DNA of 63,587 bases, counting the filler, from Octopus bimaculoides (lineage: Eukaryota): the NCBI RefSeq assembly GCF_001194135.2. It is 5 parts of 4 records of this genome, joined end to end, with 100 filler letters (N's around TTAATTAATTAA, not from the genome) between each part and the next. Parts side by side here need not be neighbours in the genome. Positions count along the whole stretch, not along the records: positions 49,323 to 62,410 come from NC_068987.1; positions 62,511 to 63,587 come from NW_026347403.1; 3 more parts are not named here. The stretch is one strand, 5' to 3'. Positions 51,331-62,909 of this stretch are shown piece after piece (within the stretch, counting starts at the first letter, position 1; every line of letters begins with the position of its first letter). Both the position numbers and the translations under genes were made by a program. The notes under the pieces were generated by a model, which saw nothing but the letters and a program-made list of their open reading frames with translations, ran no database searches and was not told where the DNA came from.

Positions 51331-54300
51331 CTGGTTAGTCTCTTGAAATTTCTTGACAATTTCCCAGACTGTTGTTCAGTTGATTTTAAGCTTTTTTGCT
51401 ATAGCTGTACATTTCAAAAGAAACTGTCCTTTTAAGAATCTAAAATGTTTTGAATGTGGGAAAATTCGACACAAGAATTCACATTGTTGGGTGAAACAAA
51501 AAAGGTCGAACAAAAAAATTCATGAAAAAAAGTTTTATCAACACAAATGCAAAGTGAGTCAGAAAAAAGAAGATTTGTCTCTATAAAAATAAATAATGTG
51601 AATATGACATTCCAATAATTAATGAGGATACATGGAAAAAAATAGGAAGGCCTACATTGAAAAAGAACTGCAAAAATGGTGAGAGGCATCTCAGAAAACA
51701 ATTACGATTTTTGGGCGAAATGATTAGCGAGGTAACATTTCGTGGGAAAACTTTGAAGGCTAAAGATTTTGTATCAAAAAATACGATGAACCTTTTAAGG
51801 CACAGGCTGAATAGAATTGTTTAATCTATGGAACCTCACCATAAATATTTTCTGCAATAATGTAAACGGTTATTTCACCAGTTCAAACAAGGTGTCAGAA
51901 GATTTAAAAAAGAAATTGAGAGAGATTTTTCCTGATGTTTCTTCGGAAGAATTAGATAGATGCATCATGACAAAAGTCAAATTTCAAGTAAAAGAAAATG
52001 CCATACCAGTGTTTAAACTGAAGTGAGCTGTACCTTTTGTGGCATTGAATCAAGTCAGTGAGGAGTTAAATAGGCTAGAAAAGCTGGGAGTTATAGAAAA
52101 AGTTGATTATTCAGAATGGGCAGCACCAACTGTTTATGTAACAAAAAACAATAACAAAATACGAGTATGTGTGGACTTTTCAACAGGTTTGTAGGTATGT
52201 TTAAGGACATACAATCATCCATCCACTACCAAGCCTAGAAAAAATTTTTGCGAAACTCAATTGAGGAAAATTTTTCTCAAAACTGGACTTGTCAGAAGTG
52301 TATTTATAGTAACAAATTGAGAAAGAATGTTCAAAATTATTAATAAACATTCATAAAGGTTTATATAAATTTAATCGACTTCCTTTCGGGACAAAAGTGG
52401 CACCTAGTATTTTCCAACAGGTGATATACACGATGCTTGCAGATACAGATTTCGCTATAGCATATTTGGATGAAATATTCATAAAAAGTGTGTCTAGAGG
52501 CCAGCATGAGGAACATATTAAAATGGTTTTTGAGAAGATAAAGGAGTAAGGATTCAAACTTAGCGAAGAAAAATGTGAATTTTTCATGCCAGAAATAAAA
52601 TATCTTGGGCAAGTTATCAATAAAAATGATCACAGGCCAGATCCTTCAAGATCAACGGCAATAAAAAATATGCCTACTCAAAAAAATATTATAACATTAC
52701 AAGCGTTTTTAGGGCTTGCAAACTATTTCCAAACATACATGCATGAGCTAAGAGCACCTCTAAACAACCTGTTGAAAAAAGGCATAAAATGGTATTGGTC
52801 AGACTGGGGTCAAAAAGCGTTCGAAGAAATTTTAAAAAGTTTTAACATCGGGACTGTCATTATCACACTTTGATCCAAATTTTAAAATAATAGTAACATT
52901 AGATGCTAGTGAAAGTGGTATAGGAATGGTAATTTTACACACATCAAAATGGTAGTGTAAAACCTATCGCTCATGTTTCACGTTCATTGTTGGCAGCTAA
53001 AAAAACTCCAACCAAATTGAGAAAGGGGCACAAATTCATACATGGAAGGAAATTCAGTCTGCGAACAAATCACTGCCCATTGTTATCAATGTACAGATCG
53101 AAAAAGGGTGTCCCCACATATACAGCCAACCAATTGCAGCGCTGGGGGACAATCCTACTAAATTATGATTTTAAGATGGAATTTCTACCATCGAAAAAAT
53201 TAGGACATGTGGATGGGCTGTCAAGATCGATTCCTAAATACAATGAACCATTAGAGGATACAGTAATAGTGGCATTAAAAGCTGAAATCAAAAAGAATAA
53301 ATATATATACTCTGCAACGTAGTACATGAACTATCTGTCACTTTAGAAGAAAGAAAAATTAAAGCAGAGAAGGATGTGTTCATAATAAAAATGGAAAAAA
53401 TAATGAAGTTTGAAACAAATACAAAAAATCATGTAACCAAGCGTTGGTATTTGATATGTGACGACATATTTATATACGCTCAGAGGGTTGCAATCCCTGT
53501 TTCTTTGCAAAACCGTATGTTAAAAGAATTCCACATGGGACACCCAGGAATTNNNNNNNNNNNNNNNNNNNNNNNNNNNNNNNNNNNNNNNNNNNNNNNN
53601 NNNNNNNNNNNNNNNNNNNNNNNNNNNNNNNNNNNNNNNNNNNNNNNNNNNNNNNNNNNNNNNNNATACGCTCAGAGGGTTGCAATCCCTGTTTCTTTGC
53701 AAAACCGTATGTTAAAAGAATTCCACATGGGACACCCAGGAATTGCGAGAATGAAAGCATTAATGAGAAGCTATGTTTACTGGCTGAATATGGATCAGGA
53801 TATTGAAAAATTGGTGAAAGCCTGCAGGGGTTGTGCCCTGGCAGCAAAAGCACCGCCTGTAAAAATTCAACCTTGGCCCAACACTTGGTTAAGATTACAC
53901 ATAGACTTCGCTGGACTGTTAAATGGAGAGTATTATCTAATAGATGTGGATAATTACACAAAATGGCCAGAAATATGTAAATGTGGGAAGGCAGCTTCCA
54001 AAGTAACGATGGAATTTCTGGACGAACTTTTTGTGCAATATGGCATCCCAGACACTATTGTGTCTGATAATGAAACACAGTTCACATCAAAGGAATTTAA
54101 AAACTTTTGCAAAATGCATGCAATGGAGCATATTACTACTCCGCCATTCCATCCGAGATTAGCAGAACGTTTCGTAGAGCGCTGCAAAAATTTAGAAATA
54201 AGCTACTAGCTGATACTGCATTGATTCAATTCTTAAGCATCTACAGAATAACACCTAACCCCAACACCACATCAAGTATGTTGCAGGCTGAAGTAATGTT

Positions 54301-54790
54301 CGCTTGGAAAGTCAGGTCAGTATTTGACAAATTACTACCGGAAAGAAAAGATAAAATGGAGACAAACACCGAAAATAAGATGAAATATTTCAAAATCGGT
54401 GACAAGGTATTTTTTTAAATATACAGAAATGGAAAAGAAAGTTGGGAAGAATGTATAATAAGTAAACATTTAGAAAAAATAACATACATGGTAAAAGGTC
54501 ACAAGAGACACCTAAACCAACTGAAAAATAGTTTACAAAAAAAAGAATAAGGCATGAAGAGCCAATGGAATTTCTTTATGACATTTTTGACGTCCCAATA
54601 TCTCAAGGAATAATTGAATCAACGAGTACTGCAACTAGGAAAAGAAAGCAAACGAAACTTTTGCAAGTAGACCCGAAACGAAAAAAATATTCCAATTTCT
54701 ATCTGGGGAATTTAAAAAAATGTGGGGGAAAGGTGGAAATAAAGATAATACATAAAAGAAAAATATTAACTTCCAACGAAAGTCAAACTC

Positions 54791-54802
54791 AAAAAGGGGA
54801 GA
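54791..54802 (+). other. Polypurine tract of the Gypsy element
   Basis: aaaaaggggaga lies immediately before TGTTGT. Confidence 0.75.
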
Positions 54803-55054
54803 TGTTGTGGTGAAATCCTGACACCCTGTGGGATAACAAGTCAACTGTCCTAAACTGTATAAAGGTGCATGCGCACTGTCAATGAGAGACAGTGTGGTGT
54901 GTGCAGGCGCTTCGTGAAGACAGTGGTAGAAGTTGTTGAGAAGAGATATTGATTGTTATATGTTGTTTCTGATTTATACTTGTATTGTTATAACCTTGTT
55001 GTAATTCCATGTTATAAAGTGGCATATACAGTGGGTTCGAAGAAGGATATAACA
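54803..55054 (+). mobile_element. Gypsy 3' LTR (about 252 bp)
   Basis: Starts TGTTGT after the PPT and ends ATAACA (inverted termini). Contains a tataaa-like signal. Chapaev-like sequence resumes straight after it. No second LTR is present to confirm the ends. Confidence 0.7.
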
Positions 55055-56064
55055 GTGTTGATGAGACACAAAAAGAATACACTTTAGGTTGCTCTTAGAA
55101 CTATCTAGAAATAGTCAGTTGAACTGTACGAGGGGATTCCTAATTCCTGGAGAAGACTGTAAACAAAGTGTTTCTCTTCTGGAAAAAAAAAAAAGGGTGG
55201 GAACACAAGAACCTAGTCTCATTTTTGAAAATAAGAAACTTCTGCAGTTTGGCCAAGTGAGTATTTTTTTTTTTTTGCAACCTGGATGCTGGAACTTCAG
55301 CTGTGGTCTTAGAGAGTGCCAAATTATGCACTTATTCATTCAATTCTGTTTGGGTAAACTGTTGAGGATGGTCTTGGAATTCTGAAGTAATTTCTTGATC
55401 TTCATTATCATCCTCGTACTTGTGTTTGCTAGCTTTGTCTTAGGAAGAGGTAAACCCAAAGAAAACTGGAATCAGGAGTGTCTCAAAGTGCATAACAGGT
55501 CTAATTATTGAAGGAATATTGGAATAAGATATTCTATACTTATTTTTTTTGCTGATGTCTTTTGTGTTGACTATACAAAAATAACAGTCACTTGCTCTCA
55601 CCAAACCATAGGAACTTCAAACAGCAGGTCCTTACATTTTCCTTTTGTCCAGCCATGGAGCATTTCCTCACAGTTATGACACACAACATGAGGGGTCCCA
55701 TTTTTTTTCTTGGTTGCCTAGGGGAATTCCAAAATAGGTTTTATGAGCCTGTCTCACAAACAATGATATACTGTGCTTTTGATAAATATGTGTGAAAGAG
55801 CCACAGACATAGCCATCAAGATTATTCACACAACTATGTCTACTTGAAGAAGCCATAGTCAGATCCGTAAAAGCACAATTGTCAATTCTTTGTAAGTAGG
55901 ATATATGTATCTCAATATGTCAAATTTAACTATAAATATATAAAAAGTTAATCTTCAAATTGCTAGAATATTAGAGCATGGAGAGTAAAACCGATTACAA
56001 ATTTGAAATTAGCACCAAAAAAATCTCACGTGACAGAGAATTTTAAAAAAATTGTTGTTCAGTG
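55055..56064 (-). pseudogene. Second Chapaev3-like copy (5' half), cut by the Gypsy LTR
   Basis: 5' end CACTGAACAACAA. Reads CVNNLDG..YFGIPLGNQEKKW, VPMVW..DCYFC, QFTQTELNE..NLALSK, and FLDSSKSNLK directly beside the LTR. Confidence 0.7.
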
Positions 56065-56287
56065 TTTTTAAAGGGTATACTCACTCCACCAGGCTGTTGG
56101 ATAGTTGTTAACTCAATTGAATTCATTCTTGTTTAGATAGGTTCTATTTTAGGTGTCCAACAAAAACCACCCTCCTTATCAAGTGGGCTTTGTAAGATTG
56201 TTGGCTTTGTTACCCACAGCTTGACCATGCAACAGGTTGTACATAGTTACATGTTACCAAAAGCACTAAAAGTGGCCCCACACACAC

Positions 56288-56410
56288 ACACACGTGCGCG
56301 CTTAAATAAGTACCAGTTATACACTGGGGTCGATATAATCGACTTAATCCCTTTGTCTGTCCTTGTTTGTCCTCTCTATGTTTAGCCCCCTGTGGGCAAT
56401 AAAGAAATAA
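56288..56410 (+). mobile_element. SINE family B, 3' fragment
   Basis: aaataagtaccagttatacactggggtcgatataatcgactt...aataaagaaataag. Confidence 0.7.
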
Positions 56411-56581
56411 GTATAATTATAGGTTTTAAAATACATATATAGTCTAGTCTAATGCAAAATCTTATTATATAGTTAGACTATATACATGTTTCAAAACCTA
56501 TAATTATATATAATTATAAATGATTTTTTTTTTTTGTTTTGTTTTTTGTTTAATGTGTCTATTTCTTTTCCTCTAACTCAG

Positions 56582-56602
56582 GACGAAGTCCGTTGCAGAC
56601 AG
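56582..56602 (+). CDS. Candidate 21-nt microexon of an unidentified host gene
   Basis: Long U-rich tract plus atttcttttcctctaactcag|GACGAAGTCCGTTGCAGACAG|gtaagt. Length is a multiple of 3 and all three frames lack internal stops. Confidence 0.55.
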
Positions 56603-56749
56603 GTAAGTCCTGTTTTCTTCTTCTTGAAATATGACAATTATTATTAAAATTGAATCTAAAAAAAAAAAGTTTGATTATTTTTGTTGGGTTTCCATAGGCC
56701 TAAAGTTACACATTTTGAAGGAAGCCCATTAGATTCACTTTTTGAACTT

Positions 56750-56897
56750 GGCACAAGCACAGGCGAGGTGAGTAGTGCTTTTTATGTGGCACAAGCACAG
56801 GCGTGGTCAGTTTTGGCAAGGTTTTTACAGCTGGATACCCTTGCAAATACCAACCACTTTACAGTGTGGACTGGGTGCTTTTAAGTGGCACCTGCAA
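56750..56897 (-). mobile_element. RTE 3' UTR fragment
   Basis: tttttacagctggatacccttgcaaataccaaccact is the reverse complement of the 61165-61210 block. Confidence 0.65.
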
Positions 56898-58333
56898 AAT
56901 ATTAAAAAATTAAAAAATTAAAAAATCTTCCAAGAGGGGAGGAGGCATTGGAGGAGGTGATGATGAAAAAGTTATAGTGAGACAGATACAGGTGTCTTGC
57001 TATAGAGGAAGTACAAGGTTATCTGGCCAGAGAGAGAGAGAGAAAGATCTAGAATGAAGACAGAAACAGGTGTGCTACCGCAAAGAAAATACACGGTTGC
57101 CCAACCTAAGGGAAGTGCAGGAGAAGGGGAGAGAGAGAGTGAGAGACTGCAGGATGGAGATGGTGGTAAAATACTGGGAATACTCACAAGGAACGGTGAT
57201 CAGAATATAAATGAGATGGCAAGTGCAGGGCATACCTTTGAGGTTCAAATGCCATAAGTGGTAGGATATTGCAAAAGGAGTGTGATTAAAGAGTGCAAGT
57301 AAGTGGCAAAAGACCTGGGTTGGAGGGGCTACCAGATAGCAATGATACAGAGGAACAAAGGTATGAGGACAGGATTGGGGAGTGAGAGCTAGGCATAGTG
57401 AATGAAAGAGGAAATGTGAGAAAGAGAAGAGATGTAGATTGGTTTGTTGGGGTAGGAAGAGTTTTCTTGTTAGGTATGGATAGAACACCCAGGTCAGGGT
57501 CTAGCAGATGGCAATAATAGAGTGAGTGAGACAGGGCATGTGGATAGAACACACAGGTTGGGGGCAAGTGGAATGCAATGATACAGTGGCACAGGGCCAA
57601 CAGGACAGGATTGGTGAGTGGGAGGTAATCATAGTACATCAAGTAGAAATGTGAGGAAGAGAAGGGATGTAGAGACTTAATTTGGTTTGTTGCAGTAGAG
57701 TGTGTGAGAAGTTTTTTTGTTAAATGTGGAATTTCAAGTATCAAGTTACATAAACATGAAGCTTTATATAACTAGATACATTACACTTCATGTAATGTAT
57801 CTAGGACAACTTAGTCTCATGGATCTCAAACTCTTCAAGATCATTTTAACATTTGAATTGGGCAAATTTAATTAAATATTTTACTAAGGTGCATCTAGCT
57901 GTTTAGAGAACTAATCCTTTCCTCCACTTGGTACAGCATTGTTCAGTGTCTGTGTTTCTGTGTGTCTCCTTCTCTTCCTTTACAGCAATGAATTATACCT
58001 GTCTATAACACCTGTTTTCAATTAAACTGATCAATAAAAATTAAGAGTATTGACCTAAGAGATGGCTCAATGAGCTTCTTACATGTGTATACATATATAT
58101 GTGTGTGTTACTGATAATACAACTAATTCTTGTCTGAAAATTACTTGGATCCTTTGCATTTTTCACAACATGAAAGTGAAAGCAAAGCTAAAAAGTAAAA
58201 GCTAAAGAGTAAAGAAAATAGGTACCCCATTCAAATTTTGGAGAGGAGCATGACCTCATGAATAACTTTTATATTTGGAGATCAATGAAGCAGTTTACAA
58301 AAGTTGATCAGTAAGACAATATATTTATGTGTG

Positions 58334-58379
<46 letters not shown>

Positions 58380-58389
58380 NNNNNNNNNN

Positions 58390-58426
<37 letters not shown>

Positions 58427-58538
58427 CGTGCGTGCGTGTGTGTGTCCATATATATAAGATCTGAACCAATTTACTTGAAAACTTGCACACTAGTTTTTTC
58501 AGCAATGTTACAGCAAAAAATTACTCAACAAATCTACT

Positions 58539-59520
58539 TCATTTCTTTATTACAACCTTAAGTTTACCAGGCACTGCTTTACCAGCAGCTTGCAAGACTT
58601 TTAGTGGTATTTTTTCCCATTCACACTGCAGAGGCCTCTTCAAAGCCGCTACTGAATGATGAGATTTAGCATAAGAATTAGTCTTCAAGATGGACCAAAT
58701 GCTATAGTCCATTGTGTTGAGGACTGGGCTTGAGGGATGCCATTTCTCCTTGGAAAAGAAATTTGGGACATTGTTGTTAAGCCATCTCTGAGTCCTGTTG
58801 GTAGTGTTGGCAGGTGCCCCATCCTGCTGGAAGAGAAAGGGGCCACAGTTGAACAATGTTTTGTTCAAATGTTTTACTACAACCTTGACTTTGACTCCTT
58901 CAGGAACAAAAACAAGAAGATTTTTTTTTCCTGTTGAAGACACTCCAGCAAAAAGCATCATAGATAAGGGTTTCTGAGTGTGGTGGATATTTCTGGCATC
59001 CTCTGGATATGACTGAGCATTTCCCACAAGAACCCTGTCATTTTGGCTGTTGTGAGCTTCTTCAACAGTGAACAACTTCTTGTCTGTTAAGAGCACATTT
59101 TCCACACTGTGAATATCAAGCTGCTCAAGTTGTGCACAACTTCTTGTGAGTCTCTTTCCTTTTGAAGCAGTTGTTAGGCTGTGAACTTTTCAGTGTTTCA
59201 ATGAAGCAAATCCCAAGTTGCTTTTGACAGCTCACCTCAAAGATTCTCTTGAAGTTCCCAGCAGCCATCTTTCTCATGGAGCACCTTAGATTTCTGTGAA
59301 TTCTGGAACTGATGATTTTCTGGAGCCTCGAAGTCCTGACTAACCTGGGATGTCTTGTTCTTGCTCAATCTTGAACTCCTCTAGCATACTTGAATCGATC
59401 GATGATTCAATAAATGAACATATGCTTCACTTTTGGCCAATTGAGAAGATTCAAAATTTCTGATGGCAACTTGCCAGCTTGATGTAGCTCAACTACAGCA
59501 GATCGTTCATGTTCCATCAT
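58539..59520 (-). pseudogene. Tc1/mariner (DD37D/maT-like) transposase, near full length but disabled
   Basis: N-terminus MEHERSAVVELHQAGK. Core LLTDKKLFTVEE..NSQNDRV, FQQDGAPA, WHPSSPVLNTMDYSIW. Confidence 0.85.
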
Positions 59521-59756
59521 AATTTTAGACAAAACTATACCTCTTAGCTTAAATATGTGTTCAGAACCTGAAAGAAGACAAAAAAATCTTTAAAACAATT
59601 TAAAATAATGATAAAATTGCCACTTTTTTTTATATTAAACTAAATACTTTAAAAAATGTAACAGAACATTTGGGTAACCTTTGGATATATATATGGTCAC
59701 TTTTGGATATATATACACACATATATATACACACATATGTGTGTGTGTGTGTGTGA

Positions 59757-60072
59757 AGGCACATGGCTCAGTCATTAGAGCATCAAGCTTACGATCGTGA
59801 GGTTGTGAGTTTGAATCCCGGACCGGACTACGTGTTGTGTTCTTGATCAAGACACTTTATTTCACGTTGCTCTAGCTGTAGAAATGAGTTGCGATGTCAC
59901 AGGTGCCAAGTTGTATTGGCCTTTGCCTTTCCCTTGGATAACACTGGTGGCATGAAGAGGGGAGGCTAGTATGCATGGGCAATTACTGGTCTTCCATAAA
60001 TAACCGGATTTGTGCCTGGGAGGGTAACTTTCTAGGTGCAATCCCATGGTCAGTCATGACTGAAGGGGGTCT
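59757..60072 (+). mobile_element. SINE family C, full length
   Basis: Box A-like tggctcagtcattagag, box B-like gagtttgaatcc, then gtgttgtgttcttgatcaagacactttatttcac. Confidence 0.8.
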
Positions 60073-60088
60073 CAGCAAATATATATAT

Positions 60089-60428
60089 TGGGAAAAGTTC
60101 AGGGAGCTCTTACCTCTGCTGGCAACAAAGGGACTCTCAGTCAGAGTAAAAGACAGACTGTATGACACATGTGTACGAACAGCCATGCTACATGGCAGTG
60201 AAACATGGGCTGTGACTGCTGAGGACATGCGTAAGCTCGCAAGGAATGAAGCCAGTATGCTCCGCTGGATGTGTAATGTCAGTGTGCATACCCAACAGAG
60301 TGTAAGTATCTTGAGAGAAAAGCTGAACATAAGAAGCATCAGTTGTGGTGTGTAAGAGAGGCGATTGCGCTGGTATGGACATGTGGTGAGAATGGATGAG
60401 GATAGCTGCGTGAAAAAGTGCCACACCG
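60089..60428 (+). mobile_element. RTE LINE RT C-terminus
   Basis: WEKFRELLPLL...RLYDTCVRTAMLHGSETW...MLRWMC...RRLRWYGHVVRMDE. Confidence 0.9.
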
Positions 60429-61067
60429 NNNNNNNNNNNNNNNNNNNNNNNNNNNNNNNNNNNNNNNNNNNNNNNNNNNNNNNNNNNNNNNNNNNNNNNN
60501 NNNNNNNNNNNNNNNNNNNNNNNNNNNNNNNNNNNNNNNNNNNNNNNNNNNNNNNNNNNNNNNNNNNNNNNNNNNNNNNNNNNNNNNNNNNNNNNNNNNN
60601 NNNNNNNNNNNNNNNNNNNNNNNNNNNNNNNNNNNNNNNNNNNNNNNNNNNNNNNNNNNNNNNNNNNNNNNNNNNNNNNNNNNNNNNNNNNNNNNNNNNN
60701 NNNNNNNNNNNNNNNNNNNNNNNNNNNNNNNNNNNNNNNNNNNNNNNNNNNNNNNNNNNNNNNNNNNNNNNNNNNNNNNNNNNNNNNNNNNNNNNNNNNN
60801 NNNNNNNNNNNNNNNNNNNNNNNNNNNNNNNNNNNNNNNNNNNNNNNNNNNNNNNNNNNNNNNNNNNNNNNNNNNNNNNNNNNNNNNNNNNNNNNNNNNN
60901 NNNNNNNNNNNNNNNNNNNNNNNNNNNNNNNNNNNNNNNNNNNNNNNNNNNNNNNNNNNNNNNNNNNNNNNNNNNNNNNNNNNNNNNNNNNNNNNNNNNN
61001 NNNNNNNNNNNNNNNNNNNNNNNNNNNNNNNNNNNNNNNNNNNNNNNNNNNNNNNNNNNNNNNNNNN

Positions 61068-61323
61068 GTGCGGGTGGCACATAAAATACACCATTTTGAG
61101 CGTGGCCATTGCCAGTACCGCCTGACTGGCCTTCATGCGGGTGACACGTAAAAGCACCCACTACGCTCTCTGAGTGGTTGGTGTTAGGAAGGGCATCCAG
61201 CTGTAGAAATTCTGCCAAATCAGATTGGAAGCTGGTGTTGCCATCCGGTTTCACCAGTCCTCAGTCAAATCGTCCAACCCATGCTAGCATGGAAAGCGGA
61301 CGTTAAACGATGATGATGATGAT
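61068..61323 (+). mobile_element. RTE LINE 3' UTR with (GAT)n tail; probably continuous with 60089-60428 across the gap
   Basis: gtggttggtgttaggaagggcatccagctgtaga...cccatgctagcatggaaagcggacgttaaacgatgatgat. Confidence 0.75.
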
Positions 61324-61706
61324 ATATATATATGGTAACTTTTGGGTATATATATGCGTGCAAATAGCATGAGAGTGAGCAGGACTACAGAAGTTATCTT
61401 GGTGCACTTTTTGGCAAATGAAAGCTGACTTCTTACATTTTCTTCTAATATTGGTATACTGTATACTATCATTAACAGCAAAATTTTGAAAGGGGTGGGG
61501 CTCAAGCAATATCATTAACTTGCAAACATGTAAAATATGTACATTATTTACATTTGATGGATATTTGTCCTCATCTTGTTTGCTGCTAACACAAGGTTTC
61601 GGCTGATGTACCCTCCAGACTTCATCAGGTGTCTTGGGGAAATTTAAAACCTGAGCTCTCATTCCTAAGGTATTTTTTGATGTTATTATTATTATTATTA
61701 TTATTA

Positions 61707-61866
61707 TTCAGGTCACTGCTTGGAATCAAACTCGGAATCTTGGGGTTAGTAGCCCGCACTCTTAACCACTATGCCATATGCCCGTGGACAATTATGGAGT
61801 GAATTATAGGGCTTATAAATCTTAACTCCAAGATTCCAAGTTCGATTCCAGGCAGTAACCTGAATA
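61707..61866. mobile_element. Head-to-head pair of short tRNA-like SINEs with (AAT)n tails
   Basis: The minus copy (gggcatatggcatagtggttaagag...gagtttgattcc..gcagtgacctgaataataat) and plus copy (...ccaagattccaagttcgattccaggcagtaacctgaataat) are inverted homologues. Confidence 0.7.
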
Positions 61867-61875
61867 ATTATAATA

Positions 61876-62160
61876 GAGGTAATTCGAATGTGGAATCTAA
61901 AAACAGAAACAATTCTTATTATAGTGGGTGCATTAGGTATGATAAAAAAATATTCAGACAAATACATAACAAAAACACCAGGACTTACAAATATATATAA
62001 CATTCAGAAAATAGCACTACTGGGCACTGCACACACCCTACGCAAAACGCTTTCAATACAGTAACCATAAGAGCATCACCACAAACCACAGAACATACCC
62101 AAGGCACACAGAGCTGCACTCGGTAGTGAAGTGAAAGCACATTATAAAAATAAAACTACT
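61876..62160 (+). mobile_element. Dong/R4-like (RLE-type) LINE 3' end plus 3' UTR
   Basis: Open frame 61876-62064 reads EVIRMWNLKTETILIIVGALGMIKK...NIQKIALLGTAHTLRKTLSIQ*. It matches the PxxIGALG...IQKxxLLGTAHILRKxL C-terminus of R4/Dong ORFs and is followed by (AAT)n. Confidence 0.8.
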
Positions 62161-62180
62161 GAATAATAATAATAATAATG

Positions 62181-62214
<34 letters not shown>

Positions 62215-62216
<2 letters not shown>

Positions 62217-62410
62217 GCTCACAAAAGGGAAAACCATCTTAATCCCCAAATCCACGGAAACGGAGAAACCACAAAACTATAGACCTATAACCTGTCTCCC
62301 TACGATCTACAAAGCCTTTACTGCAATAATATCGCAGAGATTGAGTAAACACCTGGAAAATAACAACCTGTTTCCAGAAGAGCAGAAGGGATGCTGCAAG
62401 GGCTCATACG
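62215..62410 (+). mobile_element. Dong/R4-like LINE RT N-terminal fragment, uninterrupted up to the spacer
   Basis: WLTKGKTILIPKSTETEKPQNYRPITCLPTIYKAFTAIISQRLSKHLENNNLFPEEQKGCCKGSY (NYRPITCL and EQKGC motifs). Confidence 0.85.
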
Positions 62411-62510
62411 NNNNNNNNNNNNNNNNNNNNNNNNNNNNNNNNNNNNNNNNNNNNTTAATTAATTAANNNNNNNNNNNNNNNNNNNNNNNNNNNNNNNNNN
62501 NNNNNNNNNN
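62411..62510. other. Artificial 100-bp assembly spacer
   Basis: 44N-TTAATTAATTAA-44N. Confidence 0.95.
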
Positions 62511-62742
62511 AGCCAAGGTAAGAAAGGAAGTAGTGGCTGGACACATGTGATCAGCGAGGGATAAGGATAAAGAGTGGTAGAGGGAGAAAAAAGGGGAGGA
62601 AGTAGAAAATAGGTGAGCAACGAGAGACAGGGAGGAAGAGAGAGATATAGTAGTAACAGAAGGAAGAACGAGAGGAGGAAAACGATACAAAGATAGATAG
62701 AGTCGCGTCAGAAAATATAAAGTTCAAAACTTACTTGCAGGA

Positions 62743-62861
62743 GTGACGCGTGCGTTTGATCATGTAATACAAATAATAAATGAGTATATGCATATATACG
62801 TACATGTATGTACATACCTACATCTACCTGTATATATAGATGCATATCTGGGTACAGGACG

Positions 62862-62863
<2 letters not shown>
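62743..62863 (+). repeat. Dispersed repeat, copy 2
   Basis: Matches 9-130 in the same orientation. Confidence 0.8.

Positions 62864-62909
<46 letters not shown>

Larger units (their letters stand above)
51400..55054 (+). mobile_element. Ty3/Gypsy LTR retrotransposon (Mag/K02A2.6-like), 5'-truncated, multiple stops and frameshifts
   Basis: CCHC knuckle CFECGKIRHKNSHC; RT WAAPTVYV, YLDE, YLGQVI; RNase H DASESGIG; integrase HMGHPGI...CRGC, HIDFAG, SDNETQF, ERFV. Order is RT-RH-IN. Confidence 0.92.

Noticed and set aside
53474-53744. Apparent tandem duplication inside the integrase
   Set aside because: An identical 79 bp sits either side of an N gap (53474-53552 and 53666-53744), which is typical of an unmerged contig overlap.
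46067-58025. In-frame chain 46125 to microexon 56582 to 57986 (...MGMTKSVADSNELYLSITPVFN*, AATAAA at 58033)
   Set aside because: It crosses an artificial spacer, phase compatibility has a high chance rate, and the 57986 acceptor leads to early stops in every phase.
22124-61866. tRNA genes
   Set aside because: The A/B-box sequences are SINE heads joined to repeat bodies, with no complete cloverleaf or acceptor stem.
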